Of a DNA stretch of 64,000 nucleotides, positions 58,461-64,000 are shown piece after piece. Both the position numbers and the translations under genes were made by a program. This DNA is from an uncultured Gemmatimonadales bacterium. Lineage in GTDB: Bacteria; Gemmatimonadota; Gemmatimonadetes; Gemmatimonadales; GWC2-71-9. The notes beneath the pieces are model-generated. The model did no database searches. It was given only the letters and a program-made list of their open reading frames with translations, and was not told the origin of the DNA. How positions within the stretch are numbered: the stretch's first letter is position 1; each line of letters begins with the position of its first letter. The DNA lies in NCBI GenBank assembly GCA_963828735.1, contig CAWHFW010000001.1, positions 64,001 through 128,000 of the forward strand. Direction: 5' to 3'.

Positions 58461-59234
58461 TTACTGCGGCTTCGCTGCCGGCGGCGGGGTCTGCATGCCT
58501 TCGTGCGCCTTCGCCATCATGTCGCTTATGCGGATTTCCTTGTAGCCCGCGGGCGGCGCGAAGACGTCGTCACCGACGACCTTCCGCTCGATCTTGGTCG
58601 CCTCGAGCTGGGTCGACGGCTTGCCGTCCTTGGTGTTGGTGGCCTTGAGGATGCCCTTGTTGCCGCCGACCAATTGCCGGAACTGCTCCATCTGGTCGCG
58701 GGCGGCACCGGTCTGCTGCAGCATTGGGTTGTTGAAGGTCAAGTCCGCGAGAGCGAATCCAACGCCCTCCGCCACGCAGGCATCGCCTTCCTCCTTCTCA
58801 CCCTTCTCTCCAGTGTACACGCCGTGCCACATCTCGCACGGGGCGCCCGCCACGACCTCGGACTTCCCCGTCTTCTCGAACTTGTACTTGGACGGATCCG
58901 TGGCGTGCTGTTGATGCATCATCGGTCCCATCATGGCCTGCATCTGCTTGGCGTCTTCCTGGGTCATCAGCATGTACTGCTTCTTCTCGGGCTCCACGAT
59001 GATCATGGTCTTCGCGTCGTTGTCGATGATCATCGTGCCCTGACTCGAGCCGAACCCGTCGAGCCTCAGCTTGTTCCCCTTCGTCGTCTGGACGAAGGTG
59101 TCCGACTTCCCGCCGCTGCGGTCGCTCTGGAACGTGATCACGCCGTTGAAGCCCAGCTGCGCGGCCGCTCCACCGGGGTGTAGCGCGCCTGCCGCCAATA
59201 GGACGGGGACAACTCTCCAATACCCTCGCGTCAT
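58461..59234 (-). CDS. Secreted DUF4412-domain-like protein
   Basis: Signal peptide (AAAQ), G.KLRLD, I.....K.Y, KTGKSEVVAGAPCE and F.PPAGY motifs. Confidence 0.75.
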   Translation of the reverse strand: MTRGYWRVVPVLLAAGALHPGGAAAQLGFNGVITFQSDRSGGKSDTFVQTTKGNKLRLDGFGSSQGTMIIDNDAKTMIIVEPEKKQYMLMTQEDAKQMQAMMGPMMHQQHATDPSKYKFEKTGKSEVVAGAPCEMWHGVYTGEKGEKEEGDACVAEGVGFALADLTFNNPMLQQTGAARDQMEQFRQLVGGNKGILKATNTKDGKPSTQLEATKIERKVVGDDVFAPPAGYKEIRISDMMAKAHEGMQTPPPAAKPQ

Positions 59235-59594
59235 TCAGGTGCTCCTCTCGTTGGCGCGGCATGAAGTCCCGCGGTTGTACGCCTTCTTCTCGGGTTCGAC
59301 CAGCCGCCAGGGCGCGCCCAGCTCCATCTACCTTCCGAACCTGGGAATCGACTGGTCCGGGAGCCTCGTGTCAACGCCCGCGTGAGGCACGCGGTTTCGA
59401 TCGGCATGGGGTGCTGGGCGGAGGACGGACCCATCCGGGTCGCGAGCGTGCGCGCGAGGCCGGCGGTTCGGCGGAAGCGATTGCGCGGAGAGCGAGCGTT
59501 CCGGGCCATGGAACGGATCGCAGCTTTCGGTCGTAGAGGTCGCCCTCAATATGCGCCTGGAGCGGCCTCGCGCGCCATCAGGGGCCGCAACGAG

Positions 59595-59624
59595 AACGGG
59601 CCAGCCGACAAGGCTGGCCCGTTT
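59595..59624. terminator. Intrinsic terminator hairpin downstream of TPR gene
   Basis: AACGGGCCAGCC-GACAA-GGCTGGCCCGTT, a perfect 12-bp stem. Confidence 0.7.
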
Positions 59625-59647
59625 CCATCAGCGCGGAGGCGCCGGGG

Positions 59648-60310
59648 TTACATCTTGCCGTCTGTCAGCTCTGCCAGGCGCACCTGCGCCTCGGTGAAGC
59701 TCGACGACTTGGGATGCTTCTGGATGATCTCGCGGTAGACCGCGATGGCCTCCTGGGTCTTGGAGCCTTCGCGATAGGCACGTCCGGCGTCGACCAGATA
59801 GCGGGCCTGGAGATACTCCAGGTCGGCCGCTTTCGCGGCACTGGCGAACGCATCCCCCGCGTCCGCCCACTTCTGCGAATTCTCGAGGGCTGCGCCCAGA
59901 AGCCCGTACGCGGGTGCGGCGTACTTGGCGTCGGGCTTGGTGGCCAAAAAGTCCCTGAGCCCCACCGCCGCCAGCTCACTCTGTCCATTCACCATCCGGA
60001 CCTGGTTCAGCGTGATGACAGCCTCGCTGGCCGCGTCCGTGCCCTTGTAGGTCTGCATCAGCTTCTGGAGCTCACTCGACGCCAACGGCAGATTGCCGGC
60101 CTCCGCCGCGGCGCGCGCCTGGTTGAGGCTGCGCGCGGCGAATTCCTCCTTGCGCCGGTTGCTCGACATCACGAACCAGGCTATCAGACCGGCCGCGATC
60201 ACCGCCGCGGCAATCACTACCAGCTGCCGATTCCGGTCGCGGTACCACGGCGCGCCGGCGGGTGGTGGGCTGGTGCGTTCACGGGTCGTCGGTTGTACGG
60301 TCGTCGCCAT
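59648..60310 (-). CDS. Membrane-anchored TPR protein (YfgM-like)
   Basis: Single TM after WYRDRNRQ, 'YKGTDAA', TPR-like helices. Start ATG 60310 or 60316. Confidence 0.75.
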   Translation of the reverse strand: MATTVQPTTRERTSPPPAGAPWYRDRNRQLVVIAAAVIAAGLIAWFVMSSNRRKEEFAARSLNQARAAAEAGNLPLASSELQKLMQTYKGTDAASEAVITLNQVRMVNGQSELAAVGLRDFLATKPDAKYAAPAYGLLGAALENSQKWADAGDAFASAAKAADLEYLQARYLVDAGRAYREGSKTQEAIAVYREIIQKHPKSSSFTEAQVRLAELTDGKM

Positions 60311-60348
60311 GTCCATCCTGCCTAGAGTGATGTGCCCTGCCCTGCCAG

Positions 60349-60422
60349 TGCCCCCGGCGTGACTCGAACACGCGGCCAACAGTTTAGGAAACTGCTGCTC
60401 TATCCATCTGAGCTACGGGGGC
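60349..60422 (-). tRNA. tRNA-Arg (anticodon CCT); CCA not encoded
   Basis: Minus strand GCCCCCG TA GCTC AGATGGATA GAGC A GCAGT TT-CCT-AA ACTGT TGGCC GCGTG TTCGAGT CACGC CGGGGGC A folds into a full cloverleaf. Confidence 0.95.
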
Positions 60423-60551
60423 TGAGCCATGCCGGAAAATAGGTTACCAGCTCGACTTCATGTAGCCTGTGAGATCCCCGTGGCCGCCGCCGGGCCGGAG
60501 TGCGGGGGTATGGTAACCCCTTGGACCACCCCGCGAAAGCCCGGTCCTGGC

Positions 60552-61088
60552 CTAGCGGCGCGCCACGACATAGGTCGCGGCGTCGGTCAGTTTCTCCGTG
60601 CCCCCCAAGCCCGTGATCTCGAGCAGGAAGCTCCATCCCACGAGCTCGGCGCCTAGGCCCAGGACCAGCTGGCCCGCGGCCCGCGCGGTGCCCCCGGTCG
60701 CCAACACGTCGTCCACGATCAGGACCCGGGCCGGGGCCGGCAGACCGTCCCTGTGGCACTCCAGCGCGTCTTTGCCGTACTCCAGATCGTAGGATTCGGT
60801 GACACGCTCCCAGGGGAGTTTGCCCGGCTTCCGCGCCGGGACGAACCCTGCCCCGAGGTTCGTCGCCACCGCGCCGCCGAGGATGAACCCCCTCGCCTCG
60901 ATACCCACCACGTGGGTCACGCCCTGCTCCCGAAACGGGTCCGCCATGGCGTCGACCACGGCGCGGAGCAGCCGACCGTCGCGCAGGACCGGGGTGATGT
61001 CCTGGAAGATGATCCCCGGTTTCGGATAGTTGGGGATGGGCCGGAGCGTGTCCAGGACGTGGCGCGCCAACGGCGTTGCAATCGTCAT
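60552..61088 (-). CDS. apt: Adenine phosphoribosyltransferase
   Basis: [34 protein letters not shown] and [11 protein letters not shown] motifs. Confidence 0.96.
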   Translation of the reverse strand: MTIATPLARHVLDTLRPIPNYPKPGIIFQDITPVLRDGRLLRAVVDAMADPFREQGVTHVVGIEARGFILGGAVATNLGAGFVPARKPGKLPWERVTESYDLEYGKDALECHRDGLPAPARVLIVDDVLATGGTARAAGQLVLGLGAELVGWSFLLEITGLGGTEKLTDAATYVVARR

Positions 61089-61357
61089 CGGATGTCGAAG
61101 CTCCTGATGGGAAGGGGCGGGTCGTCCACCGAGTCGGAACGGTCGACCCCGGTCACGTGCGCGTTGGCCGGGCCGGCCCTGAGCAGCGCCTCGAGCCGCA
61201 GCAGGGCCGCCTCGTCACCGTTGGCCACCACCTCGACCCGGCCGTCGGCGAGGTTGCGGGCGTACCCCGACAGGTCGAGACCCCGCGCATGCCGGGCGAC
61301 GAACCACCGGAACCCGACACCCTGCACCTGCCCCGCCACGAGGAAGCGCACCGTCAT
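61085..61357 (-). CDS. acyP: Acylphosphatase
   Basis: [26 protein letters not shown] and GP..A.V motifs. Confidence 0.92.
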   Translation of the reverse strand: MTVRFLVAGQVQGVGFRWFVARHARGLDLSGYARNLADGRVEVVANGDEAALLRLEALLRAGPANAHVTGVDRSDSVDDPPLPIRSFDIR

Positions 61358-61980
61358 CCAGCCGTCGCCCCCCGCCGGCGCCGCCACCACATGTAGACCG
61401 CCACGAGCACGAGCGTTCCCGGAAGCACGTAGTACAGGAGCGTGTGGTGCACGTACGGCCCGATGGCCCGCTCCACGTCGCCGCCGTGGCGGCCGATCAG
61501 CCAGCCGAGGTACGTAAGGATGCCGCACCAGAGCCCCGCGCCCAGCGCGGTGAAGGCAACGAAGCGGCCCAGCGCCATACGCGACATGCCGGCGGGGATC
61601 GAGATCAGGTGGCGGATGACCGGGAGGAGGCGCCCGACGAACGTGCTGATCTCGCCATGTCGCCGGAAGAAGGCCTCGGTACGGTCCAGCGATCGCTCCG
61701 AGACGAGCACGAACTTGCCGTAGCGCCGGAGCACGGGCTCGCCGACCAGCACGGCCAGCATGTAGTTCACCAGCGCGCCGATCACGCTCCCCAATGTCCC
61801 GGCGGCCACCGCGAGTCCGGCGCTCATGTGGCCCTTGGACGCCAGGTAGCCGGCCGGCGGCATGACCAGTTCGCTCGGCAGCGGCAGCACCGACGATTCG
61901 ATCGCCATCAGGGCGATGATGCCAGGATAGCCCAGGGCGAGCACGCTGTCGGCGAGCCAATGGAAGAATGAAGTCAGCAT
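61354..61980 (-). CDS. DedA family protein
   Basis: [20 protein letters not shown] and [16 protein letters not shown] motifs. Confidence 0.92.
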   Translation of the reverse strand: MLTSFFHWLADSVLALGYPGIIALMAIESSVLPLPSELVMPPAGYLASKGHMSAGLAVAAGTLGSVIGALVNYMLAVLVGEPVLRRYGKFVLVSERSLDRTEAFFRRHGEISTFVGRLLPVIRHLISIPAGMSRMALGRFVAFTALGAGLWCGILTYLGWLIGRHGGDVERAIGPYVHHTLLYYVLPGTLVLVAVYMWWRRRRGATAG

Positions 61981-61987
61981 GCGGAGC

Positions 61988-62638
61988 TCATGAGGAGAAT
62001 CCGAATTGGCCGAGCAAGGGCACGAAGCGCACGTCCGCCACGGTACTCGTCTCCAGCTGGTCGCCGACGCGTCGCGCCATGGTCAGGACCTGGCTGTTCC
62101 GGTCGCCGAGGGGGATGACCAGCCGGCCGCCGGCCGCCAGCTGCTCCAGCAGCGGCGTCGGGATCTCGGGTGACGCGGCGGCCACGAGGATCGCGTCGTA
62201 GGGAGCGAAGGGACGCCAGCCGAGGGTGCCGTCGCCGACGAGCACCGTGACGTTGCGGATGCCCGCGCTCTCGAGGGCCACGCGGGCGCTCTGGGCGAGC
62301 GCCGGGATGCGCTCCACGGCGAACACCGCGTCGGCGAGCTGGGCCAGGAGCGCGGTCTGATATCCCGATCCCGCGCCGACCTCGAGCACCCGCTCGCGGC
62401 CGGTGAGCGCGGCCAGCTCGAGGTAGCGCGCCTGCACCCACGGCTGCGAGATCGTCTGACCGCCAGCGATGGGCAGGGCGACGTCCTCGTACGCCCGGTG
62501 GCGCACGCTTTCCGGCACGAAGAGGTGGCGGGGCACCGATCCGATCGCGCTCAGCACCGCGAGGTCGCGAATCCCCTTCTGCCGCAGCGTCTCGACCAGC
62601 CGGGAGCGGTAGCCGCCATAGCCGTCGCCGTCCCTCAT
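61988..62638 (-). CDS. pcm: Protein-L-isoaspartate O-methyltransferase
   Basis: VPRHLFV, GQTISQP, VLEVGAGSGY, GDGTLGW, APYDAI and VRFVPL motifs. ATGA overlap with surE. Confidence 0.95.
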   Translation of the reverse strand: MRDGDGYGGYRSRLVETLRQKGIRDLAVLSAIGSVPRHLFVPESVRHRAYEDVALPIAGGQTISQPWVQARYLELAALTGRERVLEVGAGSGYQTALLAQLADAVFAVERIPALAQSARVALESAGIRNVTVLVGDGTLGWRPFAPYDAILVAAASPEIPTPLLEQLAAGGRLVIPLGDRNSQVLTMARRVGDQLETSTVADVRFVPLLGQFGFSS

Positions 62639-63387
62639 CCCTCCAGCGACCATCCCTTGACCGTCTCCAGCAGCGCGTAGTTCGTGAGGTCCATGTGGAG
62701 CGGCGTGACCGAGACGTACCCTTCGGCCACCGCCAGGTGGTCCGAATTCTCGGTGCCCGTCCAGGTGATCGTCCCACCGCCGATCCAGAAGATCTCGCGG
62801 CCCCAGGGATCCTTCATGCGCGTGAGCGAATCGGAGAAGTACCGGCTGCCGAGCTTGGTGACCTGGATGCCGCGCACCTCGGAGGCCGGGACGCGCGGCA
62901 GGTTGATGTTGAGCAGGGTCTGCTCGGGGAACGCGGGCACGCTCGTGATCTGGCGGACGAGGTGGACCAGCGTCTCGCGGTACGTGCTCATGGTCTCGGG
63001 CTGGCTCCCGCCGGTGAACGAGATGCCGATGCCGGGGACGCCCAGCGTCACCGCCTCCATCGCCGCGGAGACCGTGCCCGAATAGAGCACGTCCTCGCCC
63101 ATGTTGGGCCCGTGATTCACGCCGGAGAAGACGAAGTCCGGGCCCTCGGGCATGAGGGCCTGGATGGCGAGCATCACGCAGTCGGTGGGCGTGCCGTCCA
63201 CCTGCCAGGCCCCGTCGGGCCGGCGGGCGGGTCGGAGCGGGCGATGCAGGGTGAGGGAGTGGGAGGTGCCGCTTTGCTCGCGATCCGGGGCCACCACGGT
63301 GACGGTGCCGACCTCGCGGCAGACGTCCGCGAGCAGAGCGAGACCGGGAGCGAGGATGCCGTCGTCGTTGGTGACGAGGATGTTCAT
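62635..63387 (-). CDS. surE: 5'/3'-nucleotidase SurE
   Basis: MNILVTNDDG, VVAP, GTPTDCV, SGVNHGPNMG..YSGTV and SVTPL motifs. Confidence 0.96.
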   Translation of the reverse strand: MNILVTNDDGILAPGLALLADVCREVGTVTVVAPDREQSGTSHSLTLHRPLRPARRPDGAWQVDGTPTDCVMLAIQALMPEGPDFVFSGVNHGPNMGEDVLYSGTVSAAMEAVTLGVPGIGISFTGGSQPETMSTYRETLVHLVRQITSVPAFPEQTLLNINLPRVPASEVRGIQVTKLGSRYFSDSLTRMKDPWGREIFWIGGGTITWTGTENSDHLAVAEGYVSVTPLHMDLTNYALLETVKGWSLEG

Positions 63388-63752
63388 CCGCGCGACCCGT
63401 CCGTGCGCCCGTCGAGGATCTTCACGATCTCCTCGATGGCGGCCCGGACCTCGGTCGCGAGCTCGGCCTCGAACGCCTTTCGCGCCGACGCGCGCAGCTC
63501 GCCCGTGCGGCGATACTGGTCGATGCGCTGCCGGGCGCCGTCGATGGTGAACTTCTCGGTGTAGAGCAGGTGCTTCACCAGCATGATCAGCTCGACCTCG
63601 CGGCTCTTGTAGACCCGGTTCCCGGAGCGGTTCTTGGCCGGGTTGAGGAAGCGGAACTGGCTCTCCCAATACCGGAGCACGTGGGGCTTGAGGTCGGTGA
63701 GCGCACAGACCTCACCGATGGAATAAAACTCCTGGACCGGCCGGGTGGTCAT
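63384..63752 (-). CDS. MerR-family HTH transcriptional regulator
   Basis: YSIGEV...PHVLRYWESQF..L.P.K..GNRVY...LL....FTIDGA motif. Confidence 0.9.
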   Translation of the reverse strand: MTTRPVQEFYSIGEVCALTDLKPHVLRYWESQFRFLNPAKNRSGNRVYKSREVELIMLVKHLLYTEKFTIDGARQRIDQYRRTGELRASARKAFEAELATEVRAAIEEIVKILDGRTDGSRG

Positions 63753-64000
63753 CGCCACTGCTCCGCCTTGAGTTCGCGTTCCATGAGCTCGGGGACGGCA
63801 TCGCGCGCCGACTTCCCGTCGAACAGCACTTCGCAGACCTTCTGGATGATCGGCAGCTCCACGCCGTGTCGCGCGCCGAGCGCGGCGCCGGCGAGCGACG
63901 TGTTGGCGCCTTCCGCCACCGTCCGGTGCGTCGCGCGGTACCGCTCGAGCGTCTCGCCCTGCGCCAGCGCTACGCCGAGGGCCCGATTCCGGCTCAGGCT
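63749..64000 (-). CDS. gpsA: NAD(P)H-dependent glycerol-3-phosphate dehydrogenase, 3' end (partial)
   Basis: The minus strand reads SLSRNRALGVALAQG...VAEG...VELPIIQKVCEVLF...LMERELKAEQWR*. Confidence 0.85.
   Translation of the reverse strand, partial: SLSRNRALGVALAQGETLERYRATHRTVAEGANTSLAGAALGARHGVELPIIQKVCEVLFDGKSARDAVPELMERELKAEQWR

Noticed and set aside
61085..61960. 291-aa ORF suggesting an extended acylphosphatase
   Set aside because: The upstream part is an off-frame reading of dedA. acyP starts at ATG 61357.

Overview
A high-GC, densely coded bacterial chromosome segment from a diderm organism, most plausibly Gemmatimonadota. That assignment is inferred from gene content and order, not from a database hit. 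From 1 to 58.1 kb almost everything is on the + strand: nuoG(end)HIJKLMN, a phosphohexomutase, UPF0182, arcC-sucCD-[PTS EIIA-CBS fusion]-ndk, yceD-rpmF-plsX-fabHDG-acpP-fabF, and mqnEAC-ispF-[DedA-TerB fusion]-xerD with a CzcCBA-like RND pump carrying a cluster of frameshifts. These are followed by trpG/pabA, an Ig+RCC1 lipoprotein, and kdsB-pyrG-kdsA-kdsC-kdsD-lptC-lptA-lptB-rpoN, then a five-gene glycosylation block and dapF. From 58.4 kb onward everything is on the - strand: DUF4412, a TPR protein, tRNA-Arg(CCT), apt, acyP, dedA, pcm, surE, a MerR regulator and the gpsA end. The two gene blocks converge on a clear 28-bp XerCD dif site (58257-58284), so the window probably contains the replication terminus. 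The best candidates for undescribed biology are: (1) an orphan integrase-core-binding-like protein preceded by a 10-bp-phased (C/A)AACGC repeat array in a ~700-bp intergenic region; (2) a PTS EIIA-CBS fusion embedded among phospho-His nucleotide enzymes; (3) three helically phased DnaA-box-like 9-mers beside dif; (4) an atypical Lpt machine, with LptB carrying a ~138-aa N-terminal domain and a 482-aa LptA-like protein; (5) an RND adaptor apparently lacking its alpha-hairpin; and (6) a DedA-TerB fusion. No CRISPR array, rRNA, IS element or prophage was seen. All calls come from motif recognition by eye.
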